63,993 bases of DNA, filler included, from Octopus bimaculoides (GCF_001194135.2; 12 parts of 12 records of this genome joined end to end with filler, not necessarily neighbours in it); one strand, 5' to 3'; counted from the whole stretch's first letter, positions 10,545 to 25,453 are shown. Notes: generated by a model not told the origin, from the letters alone. Made by a program: numbers and translations.

Positions 10545-13200
10545 TTATGTGGGCTCATCTGGGATTTCAGATAGGAATTTGTCCAGGTGCTTTTCGAACA
10601 TTTCCACATCTACACTTTGGAGATCTTTTAGGTTCCTTGGCAGGATTTTAAACAGTTGTGGTTCCCTGAAACCCAAGCTGTTGCAATATTGGGTCCTTAT
10701 CTGAGATGAGGAAGATGGTATCTTTGGTATTATACAGTGCCATCTAGTTCGGTGGTTGATATAGCTTTTAATTCCAAAGTTGGAAGCCAGACCTTCTAGG
10801 ATCTTCCAAATGTATATCACTGCATACTTTTCTCACCTTCTCTTCAGGGAGTAGAGCTTCAGTTCTTGTAGCCTCTTCCAGTAGCTCATCTGTTTCACCG
10901 AGTCAATCTTCTTTGTGTAGTGGTGCTGGATTGCCTCAAGTTCCTCCATCAATTTGAGACTCAGCAGCGACCACAGTTGGCAGCAGTAGTCCAGATGACT
11001 GAGGACAAATCTCCTCCATAGAAGTAGCAAGGTATCCTTATTTCTAGTTCTGAATGATCTAAAGATCAATCCAGCTACTCGCCTGTACAGTGTTGCCATC
11101 CTGGCAATATGCACATGTGGATTTCCAGGTCATGTACTGATTCTAACTCTAGGATTGCACTATCCCCTGGTCCTATGAATTCTAATTGTAGTCTGTAAGC
11201 TGATAGCAGAATGCTTGAAACTTATCAGCATTGAACTGCATGTTATTTTCAATCTATATATTGCATGCAGGTCATTTTGCAGTTTTACTATATCATCAGT
11301 GTAGCTGACTGTATGACTGATGAAAGTGGCTAACTGTATGACTGATGGCATGTCTGAGAGAGGCACTACAAACAGTGGTGGTCTCAGTAAATTTTCCTGA
11401 GGAACTTTGCTATAGATTGATGTTTCCGCAGAGAGAGCAGCATTGGCTGCAACTGCCTGACTTCTGTCCTTTAAAAAGTCATGCAGCCACTCTCCCAGTT
11501 TTTCAGTGATACCAAGGTTGTGTAGTTTGTGAGATCAACTTTGTGAAAGGCTTTGGCAAAGTCAAGATACATCACATCCACATTTGAGTGGTTAAGCTGC
11601 TGTTTCAATACTGAATCATAATGTTGGAGTAGCTTTGTGAGGCAGCTCCTCCCTGGGCAGAAACCATGTTGTGTGTTTGAGCAAGTTATTATCTTCCAGG
11701 AATGTGATCATTCTTTTGACAATGCATTCCATGACCTTGCTAACATGTGAAGTCAGAGAGATAGGCATGTAATTTTTAGCTTCTGCTTAGCTTCCTACTT
11801 TATGAACAGAGTATATGAAACCCACTTTGAACAGTTTGGAAAGTTTTCCACATGCAAGAAAACTCTGAAAATGTATCTGCAGTGGTTTTGCAAGAGCTTT
11901 CTTGCATGTTTTTCAGAAAACAGACAGAAATTCATCCAGACCCATAGCTGAGTTTGAGCTCATCTCATCAATGGCTGATATTACATCTTCCTCTTTTATG
12001 TCAGTGTAATCAATGGTTGCCTTTCTCTCATGTAGGTCTGCAGTATTTAAGAACTCTTTAGGCTCACCCACTTGCCAGTTTCCCAGTGGAAAGGTGAAGA
12101 CACACTGGCATTGCTTATTTAGTACCTCATCTATCCCCTTGGGGGGTCTGCAGTTAGTGAGCCATCTTCTTCAAACAGTGGCTGTATTTTGTAGTGTACT
12201 GAGGCAGACTCTTTCACGAACTTGTACAAGGCTTTGGGATTTATTTTTATATTTTCCATCACCCTGGTTTCTCTTTCTACCCTTTCCTTTTCATAGGAGA
12301 GTCTGAGTTTATTTTCGATCTCTAAAAGTCTCTCTTTTAGGAAGAATTTCTCGCTGTCAATAAGTTGTTTATTCAAGCAATTGGAAATCTTTATTCTCAG
12401 TCTCTTAAGGACTCTCTTGTCTTGAAGAATGATGATTTATATGTGGCTGCTCTCTTCACTGGAACAAATTTAATACATATGGCTTGCATTATTAACATGA
12501 ATTCTTTCAAGTTTCATATCAATGTCTGGCATAGAGAGACTTTTAGGCCAATTTTGCTGGATAATCCATTCACAATTGACTTCCAATCAGCCTTGTAGAA
12601 GTTCAGACAAGACAGAGTTTGGGTGCTGTCTGTGCAGAATACATCATTAATTAGTTTTGGACCATATGTCATCAGTTCTACCATGTTGTAGTCTGAGAAG
12701 ATTGCTAGTGTTATGTTCAAGTTGTGGATAAGACCTACATTGTTGGTGAAAGAGAGGCCTAATATGCTATCATTCCTGGATGGGGAGAGAATTGCTTGTT
12801 CCACAAACAGCATTTTTGTAAAGTGAAGTAGAGATTCTGCTTGGTTACACTCTTTGCATGTTATTCCTGAGATTATGTGGCCTTCTGGCCAGTTGACATT
12901 GGAGATGTTGAAGTCACTTGTCCTGTTCGTACTTCTTTTATCATTGTAAGACTTTCCTCAAATTTACCATCATGATTTGAGCTATCAGGTGGGTGATACA
13001 GTGTGCATATTCCCACATCAAGTTAAATTAAATGCACTATGAGTGGGTTACAGACTGAGTTTGGGTAAGACAACAGGGTTAGTGGTGTGACATCTTCACA
13101 GATGTACAGTGCAACTCCACCATGACTACTTCCTATATCCAATAGTTATGGATGCAAATAGACATGAAAGGCAAAAGAATAATTCTTTATAAGTATTCTA
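10545..13200 (-). mobile_element. CR1/Jockey-group LINE ORF2 remnant (APE + RT), with many stops and frameshifts
   Basis: Minus translations include SHGGVALY (APE), DVIYLDFAKAFHKVDH (RT), VAGLIFRSFRTRNKDTLLLLWRRFVLSHLDYCCQLWS and KHLDKFLSEIPDEP. Confidence 0.9.
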
Positions 13201-13829
13201 AATCTGAAACTAAACTAGAAATAGTTAACATTGCTACTAAAAACAACTTCTTAATAGATATTCCCCCACATGAATTTGAGAATTTTAACTGTGAAAGTGC
13301 TTAACCTATGAAAACTTCTTTCCCAAAGATTTGTGTCGTTCTGTTTTTTGAAATTTGCTATTTTTTTGTATAATTAATAATTATTTTAAGATCTTTCTTC
13401 AAATATTGTGGCTGTATCAAGTATTTTTGCAAAAACTTTTTAAAGATACCATCATCATCATCTAATGTCCATGTTCCATGCTGGCATGGATTGGGTATTT
13501 TGACATGGATCTAGTAAGTCAAAGACTGCATCATACTCTGGTGTCTGCTTTGGCATGGATGCATTTCCTAATGCCAACCACTTTAACAGTGTGTACTGGG
13601 TGCTTTTATTTTTTCTTGAGCCATTGGCCCTATTGAGATCACCATATCTACAAACTCAGAATGAGAGGATGTTGCCTTTGTACGCTAGATGGGGTTTAAG
13701 GTACAAGGGAAGAAGTTAGAGTAGACGAGATTCTTGTAGAGGAGCTACATGGCTACTCACATTTAGGAGAGGGTTAGAATGAATTAAAGTCAATAACCAA
13801 ATTGATTTAGCCCCCTACTACACCTAATT

Positions 13830-14700
13830 GGCATCAGGTTACAAATATAAAAAAGATTGCATAAGAGTATTTTGTGGTTCAACCCAGTTTCAATGTTGCT
13901 CCAAATGTAGCTCATAAATGTTTCCCATCTTTTAAGAAACATCTCCCTAAGCTTGGTCCATATCATAACATTTTCAATAGATACAGTTAAACTGGCTTAT
14001 TCTACCATGCATAATATTGCTGAATACATAGGAAGATTTAAGCCATGCTAATAGCATTATAACTACTGACCACCCTTTTAATACCACTACCCCTAGCCAT
14101 CCAATTAATCCCAATACTATATCCAATGTGAATGACCAGCATATTCATGTATCCTCTTCCTCATTTAAACTTTGCTGGAATAATCACAACTCTACATTTA
14201 AACATAAGGCTTGTAGTACACTACTAACTATATATTCTATCAATGATAGTAACGTTGAAAATAAAAGAGTATTGTAGTTTGCTTGAAGCATTGTGTATTA
14301 TTTGTAAAGAATAAAAAGTTTTGAATGGTACAACAATGCACTATAATACAAAAAAAAAAACAGGACTATATACCTGTTGTAATTTAGTTAACCATAGTCC
14401 GATGATATTTCAGAATACAATTCCTTCTTCAGATATTCTTAGATGGAGTCGCTGCTATAATCTAAGAATATCTGAAGAAGGAATTGTATTCCGAAATATC
14501 ATCGGATTATGGATAACTAAATTACAACTGGTATATAGTCCATTTTTTGTATTATAGTGCATTGTTGTACCATTCAAAACTTTTTTATTCTTTATTGAAA
14601 ATAAAATTGCTTGGTCCATCATATGTAATGCACAGCCATATAAAGTGGTTGGTGTGGGTTTTGTGTATCTGAGGTGTTTCATAGAAGTCAACTTAAATAT
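13830..14700 (+). mobile_element. Penelope-like element 3' remnant with an inverted terminal segment
   Basis: Plus frame resembles WFNPxF...HNIFNRYTVKLAYSTMHNI and FKLCWNNHNSTFKH (PLE thumb/GIY-YIG region), followed by a palindrome. Confidence 0.6.
14305..14594. repeat. Near-perfect 290-bp palindrome (arms 14305-14444 and 14460-14594, 15-nt loop)
   Basis: taaagaataaaaagttttgaatggtacaacaatgcactataataca... vs ...tgtattatagtgcattgttgtaccattcaaaacttttttattcttta. Confidence 0.95.
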
Positions 14701-15946
14701 TATTAACCAATATGATGAATTAATTATCAGATGCTAGCACCTGAATCATACTTGTGGTCATTGTTGGTACCATGTAATGGTACCAGTGCATCATAGTTAT
14801 AGTTGTTGCCAGTGCCATGTAAATGGCACCCACCCGTCAATCATAGTTGTGGTCATTGTTGGTACCATGTAAATGGAACCCACCTGTGAATTGTAGTTGT
14901 AGTTGTTGTAGGTGTCATGTAAATGGCACCCATGCTGGTGGCATGTAAAAGCACTCATTACACTCCTGGAATGGTTGGTGTTAGGAAGGGCATCCAGCTG
15001 TAGAAACCATGCCAAATCAGACAAGAACCTGGTGCAGCTCTCTGGTTCATCAGCTCCAGTCAGATTGTCCAACCCATGTCAACATGGAGAGCAGACTTCA
15101 AATGATGATACTCATATATGTTCAAGATGGTAACTTGCTGATAGCACATACATTCACTCCGTCCTAGAAATCTTCAAGAAAACTGCTTAGAAAATTGTCA
15201 GTATTTCGTAGTAACCAATATTTATTCCTTCCTGAGATAGTACTATTACACACTATAAAAAATTAAAACTGCATAGATGGAATTTTCATTGAAAAGTGTC
15301 AAAATTACAAAGTTTGTGTTGTTTACTTAAAAACTCCTATATTACTACATGTGGTCAAATTGTCCATGAATTAACAAAACAAAAATTGAAGTTTCCTACT
15401 AACATGCAAAAAATTTGATTGTCTTAGACAATAAGTTGAAGGAAAAATACAATTTTTGTTTTCTTTTTTGGTCATTGCAATTTGTTGAAAGCCGAAATTT
15501 TTGAGCTAAGATCATTTTTTGTTTACATCTAGCAGATTTTTGTATAACAGTAAATGTAACTGACTACTCATGCAGTGTTATTTTCTTTATTTACAAACAG
15601 AAAGGTATCTGATTTATATGTCTGTAGATTTACAGGAAAGCAGTAATTAAGTACTTACTTACTTAATTAATTAATTAACTGCATGCATCTTTTGCAGTTG
15701 TTGAGTGGGATGGCAATTGATCACACATGCCATATTTTCCATCATGCGCATGCTCCCATCTTTTGTATATCCATCTATCTACCCTATGTGCCTATCTGGC
15801 TGTATCTATATACATATGTACTCTGTGTGAACATAAGATACATGTAAGTGTGTGTTCACATAAATAAAGAAATATATATGTAACTTTATAGCTTCACTAG
15901 AATTAACTCTATACACATATTATCTGTGTATTAGAATAATCTCTGT

Positions 15947-16055
<109 letters not shown>

Positions 16056-16477
16056 TATAGAATAGCGGTACAACGATGCACCATTATTTACTGGAAATAG
16101 CAGTCGATAACATATGACGCTATAGTAAAGCCTCACTGTATGTGTATATATATANNNNNNNNNNNNNNNNNNNNNNNNNNNNNNNNNNNNNNNNNNNNNN
16201 NNNNNNNNNNNNNNNNNNNNNNNNNNNNNAGAAAAAAATTAAGGTACTCAGAAATCTGGATGTTTGTACATTTACAGATTTGTATTAATATCACATGTTT
16301 TATAAATTAAATAAAGCATTTTTCACCTAATCGTGTAGGATTTTCAAATTGTATATACATACACACAGACACACACACACAAATATATCTTTCCATCTTT
16401 ACCATAATTGTCTCTATACTTCAAATCCCTCTATCTTAGAGAGCACAAAGACTATGTGTGTGTATGTCATAGATGTG

Positions 16478-16851
16478 GAGTTGCAAAGGACCAGTGGTTA
16501 AGGCAGCGGACTCGTGGTTGTAGGATCACCGTTTTGATTCCCAGACTGGGTGTTGTGAATTTTATTGAGTGAAAAACACCTAAAAGCTCCACGAGGCTCC
16601 GGCAGGGGGTGGTGGCAAATCCTGCTGTATGCTTTTACCACAACTTTCTCTCACTTTCTTCCTGTTTCTGTTGTACCTGTATTTCAAAAGGCCATCTTTG
16701 TCACACTCTGTGTCACACTGAATCTCCCCAAGAACTACTTTAAGGTACATGTCTGTGGAGTGCTCAACCACTTGCACGTTAATTTCATGAGCAGGCTGTT
16801 CTGTTGACAGATCAACTGAAGCCCTCATTGTTGTAACCAACAGAGCACCAT
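16478..16851 (+). mobile_element. tRNA-derived SINE, second family
   Basis: A/B-box-like head (agtggttaaggcagcggactc...gattcccagact) and body shared with 8002-8275 and 37005-37330. Confidence 0.8.
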
Positions 16852-17823
16852 GATATGTCACAGATAGCGGTCATGTGTTTGTGTTGATTAACATGCCATG
16901 ACAATCAGTATATGTGTGTATGTGTACTGACATCACAGAAGCCATGTGTTTTTTCTCAAGAAATAACAAACAATAATTGTGTTTAATCATTTTCATTAAT
17001 AAACAGAGGTTCAAATATCACAAAAATTTGTACTGCACTGCTGAAGGTATGAAAATAAATTTGCAAAAAAATTAGGATAAAATATATTATTTCTGAGATA
17101 TTTCGGGTACACACAATCATCTCTAGAATTTTAGTATTATTAAGATATATATATTTCTTTATTTACATTTACTCTGTAACGGTTTTAGATTGCCCTTGGT
17201 TTTAAATTTAACTGACCAATTACAGAGATGACTAGACTTTGGTCAGTTCCATTATGGGCAACAGGTGGTTGGTCTTTAGAATATTTCAGTACGTATACTA
17301 TTGTAACAACTTTAAGGGTATCACTTTTGGATAAATATTAATTAGCTCTATTTACGAAACCGTAAGTACTATTCTTTTTCTAGACTTATTGGCGAACCCT
17401 GTTTTACTTAAGTACTAGTTTTATTTCCTTATTATTTACACACTCTGGTGCCCCTAAAGAAAGATTAACCCATCAATTATTTTGCTAGTTTATTCATTTG
17501 CTCATCGACTTCAAGCTTTACACTGCAAAATGGTATGATTCTAGTTTATTAAGCCTTCTTTCCTCATCTCAAGGCCCTGTGCTTTCGTCTTCCCTCTTCT
17601 CTTCTTTTATTTTATGTATTCACTCTCATGAAGCTCTATGTACTAGATTGGAAGTGCTATAAAGATGATGAATATTATCATTTACATAATCTTCTTTGGC
17701 GACAATGACTGACATTGGAATCTGAACCAGCTGGAAGCAATGTTCAAGCCTTGTATTAATAAATATTTAAACGATGGTAGTAATGATCAAAAGTTTTCTC
17801 CATTTTCTGCTCATTTTAAATTT

Positions 17824-17879
<56 letters not shown>

Positions 17880-17881
<2 letters not shown>

Positions 17882-19330
17882 CAAGATAGGCATTGTCAGT
17901 AAGTGCATTCTTGATACTATCCATTCAGATATTAGAAGGTCCCATATTAATGGGATTCCACCACAGTTCTGAATGACTAGTTCCACGGAATCAAAAATAA
18001 ATAAATAAACCTGCAAATTCACACAGTTTGACATTGTGGACTTGTACCCTTCTATATTGAAACCACTTTTCCTGACAGACCTAGATTTTGCTAGGCAATT
18101 TACCAGTATAAGCAACCTTGATGTCAGAATCATCATGGACATCAGAAAGTCAATTCTGGTTCTCAATGATACCTTTTGGATAAAGACAGAAGGTGATATA
18201 CTGTTCAACATTTCTATGGGAAGCTACAAGGTTTAGATCGCTAACCTGATCATGTTATTTCTCTTAGATACCTTCAAAAAATGCACACACCCACACAAGT
18301 TGGCCCTTTACAGAGATGACAGCCTGAATTTCTCAAATCATGTGAATGGCTCTGATAAAAATATTGAAAGAATTTGGCTTGTCATAACAGATACCACTAA
18401 GTTGACCATGGTTGACATTCTATATATGACTCTAGACCTGAAAATGGACAAGTACTACCTTTACAGGAAGCTCAATGAGGAAACTGTAGAAGCTCTAACT
18501 ATCCACACCCCCAGTTGTAATTAGAAACCTAGTTTTAAGCTTTAGCAGAAAAATATTGAAGCTTTCAGCAGATAGGGAGATATTCAATAGAATACCCCAC
18601 CACCATCACCACCACTACAATGACACATTGGCAAGGAGTGGATTTCCTGAGAAATTAGCATATATATAGAGGATCACCAACCTCCACCTCTGCACCCAAA
18701 GAGGAACAAAAAGAGAGAGATAATCTGGTTCATTCCACCACCATTTAACCTAGAAGTGTCTACCAATGAGGCTTAGAGTTTTCTGCCATTGATTAAAAAG
18801 CATTTCTCCAGGGATCATAAGTGCTATAAGCTTTTCGATCCACATAACATCAAGACGAGAAGTTCCTGCTTAGACAACATCACTTCTAACTCTGCACATT
18901 ACAACAGATGCAAACCTCTAATCCCAACCTGTAATTTCTGAAACCCTACCAGCTACCTTCTCGGAGGATCCTCCCTCTCAAGAGTTGTAGTCTACAGAGC
19001 CACCCTCACACCATCCTATGGCACCACAAGGTACTACATGGGCCTCCAAGGGAAGGTACACACAACATATGCATTTGCTTAGATGCAGGGAAACAGAGAA
19101 TGCAACTGCTTTCTCTTGTTTCCTCTGGAGACTTAGTGACTGCCAGCATGAAACTGAATGGACCTCACTTTACTCCCTCAGTGCCTTCAACTGCCAGATC
19201 TACCTCTGTGAAATATTCTCCACTAACCTGTAGTATCTATCAACTGAATATTGCTGCCATCAGATATAAGCTCTCTTAGTGAACTTCAAACCACTGGCTG
19301 TCAACAGCCCAGATATACCACCTTAACATG
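17880..19330 (+). mobile_element. Penelope-like retroelement remnant (RT + GIY-YIG)
   Basis: FDIVDLYPSI, RQFTSISNLDVRIIMDIRKSIL, FNISMGSY, LYRDDSL, IIWFIPPPFN, VVYRATLT...RYYMG. Confidence 0.9.
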
Positions 19331-19746
19331 AGCTGCACTTCGACACTGGCTGTCCCACAACAAAAGACAGGGTTCCTAATCACCTATGCAGACCACTTTT
19401 TTAACCATATGGTTGAAAGGCAAACTTCTACTTGTGTGTGCGTGTGCACACGTGTGCATATTCATAAATTACATATACAAATTATACAGATATCTTTTAT
19501 CTTTTACTTGTTTCACTCATTAGACTGGGGCCACACTGGGGCACTACCTTGAAGAATTTTAGTCCACCAAATCAACCCCAGTGCTTATTTATTTTAAAGT
19601 CTGGTACATTTATTCTATCAGTAACTTTTACTGAACCTCTAAGTAAACACCACTTGTTGTTAAGTGGTGATGGGGGACAAACATGGATGCAAAAACACAT
19701 ACACATTAATACATATATATATATTTACATATACATGCAGTGGGAC

Positions 19747-19807
<61 letters not shown>

Positions 19808-20282
19808 GCACACACACACACTTTTATTAAAGCTGCAAAATTATCACAAAAACTGTTACTCAGTTTCACATTCCAATTCACTGGACAGTTGTGATGAAAA
19901 CCAAATTAAAATTGTGATGGTGCATGTAAAAATTGTGATGTAATGTAATTCAAATATATGAATAAACATTTAAGGTATATATAAATATAAATATTACATG
20001 ATAAAAAAAAAACCCTTGATTGCATGTATGTATATGATTTTACCTATGTTTTTATCTATGTAAACTAACTTGTAAGCTGTTTATTCATTATTGAATATTC
20101 TATTTATTTTAATATCACTTATTTTTCATCTCAGTTTTTTAACACCCATCTCATGATCCTACTTCAATATTAATTATTATCAATTATTTTATGGACTCCC
20201 TCCCCTACTCTATGCACACACACATATGTATAAAAAGAGAGAGAGAGAGAGAGAGAGAGTAATTAAGATAATGAAGACAGGG

Positions 20283-21830
20283 AAAGCCCCTGGTCCATTA
20301 GGAATTCTGAAATGCTTAAAATACCTAGCAGTCTAAGATATGGCTACATCACTTGCATTGTTAATCAGGTTGTACAGGAAGAGATTATACCCAATACCTA
20401 GTGTAGCAGAATCATAGTCAACAAAGAAAAAAGTTATTATAGTGGTACCAAATTACTGGACCATGTTATGAAAATCACTGAGAGTTATAACAAAGTTAAC
20501 TGGAAAGAGAGTTAACCTAGATGAGATGCAGTTTGGTTTTTGTGCTAGGGAGAAGCACTAATGATGCTCTCATTATAGTTTGTTACTTACTGGAGAAGTA
20601 TTTAGTAAAAAGTAAGCCACTATACTTCGCATCTGTTGACCTGGAGAAAGCTTTTGATAGAGAGTGTCGATCCTTCATCTGATAGTAGCTACAATAGCTA
20701 CGAGTAGATGAGTGGCTACTTAGAGCCATTCAAGTCATGTATAGCAGGGATGCCATTAGGAAAGTGAGAGTTAAAGTGTACAGCAATGAATTAAGAATGA
20801 AGGTAAGAGTTTATCACTGCCTAGTTATCAGTTCCCTTTTATTTATCATAGTCCTCCAGAGTATAACAGAGAAATTTAAGATCAGTTATACATTGGAACT
20901 CCTTTATGCTGATAACTTTGTACTTAGCTTAAAGTGTAGAAGGATTAGAATTCAAATTCTAAGTATGGAAACAAAACCTGGAATCAAGAGGTTTTGAAGC
21001 TAACTTAGCAAAGACTAACATTCTAATTAGCAGGAAAATGAACAGAACACTAATCCCTTCAGGTAAATGGCGTTGTTCCCTTTGTAGATAAGGTGTAGGT
21101 CAAAATTTTATATGATGTGCTCAGTGCAGACAATGGACACATAAGAGGTGCAATGGAATCACAGGAAGGTTAACAGAGAAAGTGGAATTTGTCTGTGGCA
21201 GATGTGCAGGAACAATAAATAATAGAAGTGTACATTTTGAAATGCCCAGGAGGCTCCCTAGAAGTGCTAGATAATTTCTATTATCCAGGTGGCCTAATTA
21301 GCAGTGGCAGAGGATACTCTGAAAGAATAGTTGCTACAATATGAATTGGCTGGAGAAAGTTCAGAGAGTCTTTATCGCTGATGGCAACAAAAGGTCTCTC
21401 TTACAGAATGAAAGACAGGTTTGTGATACCTGTAAATAAACAGCAATGCTATATGGCTGTGAAACTTGGGCTGTGAATGCAGAGGACTTGCAAAGTCTTG
21501 AACAAAATGAAACAAGTATGCTCTGATGGATGTGCAATGTCAGTGTGCATATACAGAAAAAAATTGGGCATAAGAGGCATCAGATGTAGTGTGCAAGTGA
21601 GAAGACTGCACTGGTATGGTCATGTGATGTGGGTGGATGAGTACAGCTGTATAAAAAAGTGCTAATCACTGAATGTGGAAGGAACATTTGGAAGAGGTAG
21701 ACCTTAGAGGATGTGGGACAAAGCATTGAAGACGGACTTTAAGATACTGAGCCTCTCAGAGGAGATGATGAGAGTGAGATGAATGGTGTTTTGCTGTGTT
21801 TGAGAAGACCCATTCATCTCAGCAAAACTG
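20283..21830 (+). mobile_element. RTE-clade LINE RT remnant with internal PHD-like Cys finger
   Basis: KAPGP, VDLEKAFDR, ELLYADNFV, CSLCR*GVGQNF...QCRQWTHKRCNGITGRLTEKVEFVCGRCAG, LLYGCETWAV, LHWYGHVM. Confidence 0.9.
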
Positions 21831-21996
21831 AGGCTCTGTCAAGCCTTTCCCCACAACACATACCCAACTCATTTCCTATCACAAATTATGTCACACTATT
21901 TTCACTCGGTGCACTTATCTACACATCCACATTTTCTCCATTTTTATTCTAGTGTCTCATATTTACATTGTACCCAGATCTTACATCTCTCTAGCC

Positions 21997-22032
<36 letters not shown>

Positions 22033-23384
22033 AATAGGGAAGCCATGTATTTATCTATTCAGTACAACACCTGATCCTCTCCCTCTATCATAGTTTCTTA
22101 TCCCTCCAGCCTATACCCCACTCAGTTGAGGGGTCTTACCTTGCAGGTACTTGACAACTTCCCTGGTGCTGGTACCACATAAAAAGCACCAAATACACTC
22201 TGTTAAGTAGTTGGTATTAGGAATGGCATCCAGCTGTAGAAACCATGTGGAGCCCTCTGGCTTGTCTGTTCTTGTCAAACCGTCCAACCCATGCCAGCAT
22301 GGAAAAAAGAACGTTAANNNNNNNNNNNNNNNNNNNNNNNNNNNNNNNNNNNNNNNNNNNNNNNNNNNNNNNNNNNNNNNNNNNNNNNNNNNNNNNNNNN
22401 NNNNNNNNNNNNNNNNNNNNNNNNNNNNNNNNNNNNNNNNNNNNNNNNNNNNNNNNNNNNNNNNNNNNNNNNNNNNNNNNNNNNNNNNNNNNNNNNNNNN
22501 NNNNNNNNNNNNNNNNNNNNNNNNNNNNNNNNNNNNNNNNNNNNNNNNNNNNNNNNNNNNNNNNNNNNNNNNNNNNNNNNNNNNNNNNNNNNNNNNNNNN
22601 NNNNTATATATATATATATATATATGCACATACACATCTCTCTCCCACCAGAGCTCTTTCCCCTTCCCCATAGCAATTTTCTCTCTTGCTATTCAGAACC
22701 AACTCCTTTGTCAGTCATTCTTCATCCATTAATATTGTTCTCCACACCCATATGTTACAATCCCCCTCCACCACACACACAGACTTTTTTTGACCTTGTG
22801 CACTATGTCAGTCTATCGCTCTATTCCACTCCTGCAAGTCTACCCGAACTTATCCTCTCTCTTCTCCCCCTGTCAACGGAAACATCATTACTTCTTTGCT
22901 ACTAGCATCTCTCTAGCCTCCCCTCAACTGTTCTCAATCAAAGATATTGCAAACCCCACCTTCCCTTATCTCTTTCCTCACAAACTCTTGCAAAATCCCA
23001 TCCACTACTACCCCTCTTACCACCACAATCTAACCCTTTTGAGATGCCACCAATTCATTCTCACTCTCTCTCCTAAATATGAGTTGCCATGTAGCTCCTG
23101 TACAACAATAACCAGCTCTACTCCAATCTCTTCCCATACAACATAAAGAAGCACCCCCCCCCACCTCCCTGGATTTGCAGACCTGCAAGCCTCATAGTGA
23201 TTTCAACAGTTCTGGTGGTATGAACAAAGTACCCGGTATACACAATAAAGTGGTTAACATGAGGAAGATTATCCAGCTATAGAAACCATACCAAAGTAGA
23301 CACTGGAACATGATGCAGTCCTTCAACTCAATGGATCCTTGTCAAACCATCTAACCCATACCAAATGAAACATCAACATTAAAT

Positions 23385-23640
23385 GATAATCTATATAAAT
23401 GGCAATTTCTGTCTGTCTGTCCATCTGTTACCATCTTAGTGCCTAAACAAGCAAACCAATATACATGAAACTTTGCATACATGTTACACTAACATCCAGT
23501 TCAATAATAGGCTAATTGGATTTCAATAAAAATCTATAAGGTGCCCCCCAGGGGCGTTGGGCAAATTATATAAAATGAGAAGGTTGTAAAAAGTATTAGT
23601 CTGAGGGAAAGGTAGTAACAGAGAGAGAGGGTGACTTATA
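23385..23640 (+). mobile_element. Possible Helitron/Helentron-associated non-autonomous element
   Basis: tctatataaatggcaatt start, (tctg)n, then aaaccaatatacatgaaactttgcatacatg, an architecture typical of DINE/HINE-like repeats. Confidence 0.4.
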
Positions 23641-23741
23641 TCAGTGAAGGCGAGAACAGCAGTAGCAATGCGATAGTAATATTACTACAGCTGTCATATA
23701 CACATAATGCTGCATACATACTTTTGTAAATACATAGATAC

Positions 23742-23778
<37 letters not shown>

Positions 23779-25134
23779 TCACACACACACACACACACAA
23801 AAAGGGTGTGTGTGAAGAATCCATAACTTTAATGAAAGAGAGGGTAGATGGCATTTCTGCTGTCCATTACAAAGAAACACTCACACACATATATATAGTA
23901 TATATACATATGTACATACATACACACATCTACTATACACCATTTTAAACTCATGATTACCTGTGTACACATTGGTAAATGTGCGTGTGTGTGTGTGTGT
24001 CTGTGTGTGTGATGTCCTATAACTGTCTGTCCCCCTACTTTTGTAGGGTCTTCCCTGTTGCTGTCATGTATTGTGAGATTTTAAAATTATGTCAAAATTT
24101 CCAAACTTGGTATATTGAAATAATTTTCCACATTAAATCCGATCTTGTTATTTATTTGTTTCAGAAAAGTTACAGAAAAATGTTACTGAGGTTTAAAGTA
24201 ATCAATTTTACCTAATCAGAAAACAGGATTTGGAAGCTGGCATTTTCTACATGATAGCTGGCATTTTCTGCATGATAGCTGTCTATCACAAAATGAAAGC
24301 AAAATCATTAGGAGGAGGAATTTTTATTAAACAAATGAAAGCAAATTATTACAACAACCAAAGTTGTAAGAACTTCTAAAGTTTTAAAGAATGAAGTCAT
24401 GTGAAAAGGTCAAACAGACATCTAAATAATTTAAAATGGAAAAAAATCCTCAATGATGATTTTTGGCGAAAAATTACTCAAATTTGTGCTGATTAAGAGG
24501 CCTATCTTTCAAGGAAGGCATGCTCTGACATGGAATAAATAAATATTTATGTAAGACATTTTATTGTAAAAATTGCCTGGCAATGACAGGCTATTTAGCC
24601 AGTATATAATAAAATGTGGCACATGAGGACAACAAAAAATCAAACAGAAAACAAGTAAAAATACAATGGGCATGAACACCCTTAACCACTCCCCAGTTAT
24701 TGACTAAAAACTATCATGATCTCAAAACCTGATAATATTGTTCAATTTGGTGATGTCAGCAACATAAGATGTTGGGGTATAAGTGAGTAAATACAAAAGA
24801 CGAGTATGAACAAGAATAAATAAAGACAAGTTCAAAAACAGGATGAAGCTTCTAGAACAAGTGGTAGAAAGGATGAGTTATGAGGGAAATATCTCTAAAA
24901 GAAAAATCAAAAATAGTAATGAAAAAGAAAATATATAATAAATGACACAAGTATTTGTATACATAAAAGAACAGAATTAAGACATGCTTAAGTAATGTTA
25001 ATAGGAAAGAAAGTGATACTTTTGGACTTTGAGAGAAAGACAAAGAATGGTAGAGAGGAAAAAATAAAACAGTAGGAATGGCTAAATCAAAAAAAGGAAT
25101 AGATAAAAGTTAGAAAACAGTTACAAAGAAAGAA

Positions 25135-25171
<37 letters not shown>

Positions 25172-25386
25172 NNNNNNNNNNNNNNNNNNNNNNNNNNNNN
25201 NNNNNNNNNNNNNNNTTAATTAATTAANNNNNNNNNNNNNNNNNNNNNNNNNNNNNNNNNNNNNNNNNNNNAAACTCTGCCAAATTAGATTGGAGCCTGG
25301 TGTTGTCATCCGGTTTCACCAGTCCTCAGTCAAATCGTCCAACCCATGCTAGCATGGAAAGCGGACGTTAAACGATGATGATGATG

Positions 25387-25453
<67 letters not shown>

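Noticed and set aside
15663-15678. TTAATTAATTAATTAA as another linker
   Set aside because: Not flanked by Ns; a natural AT-rich repeat
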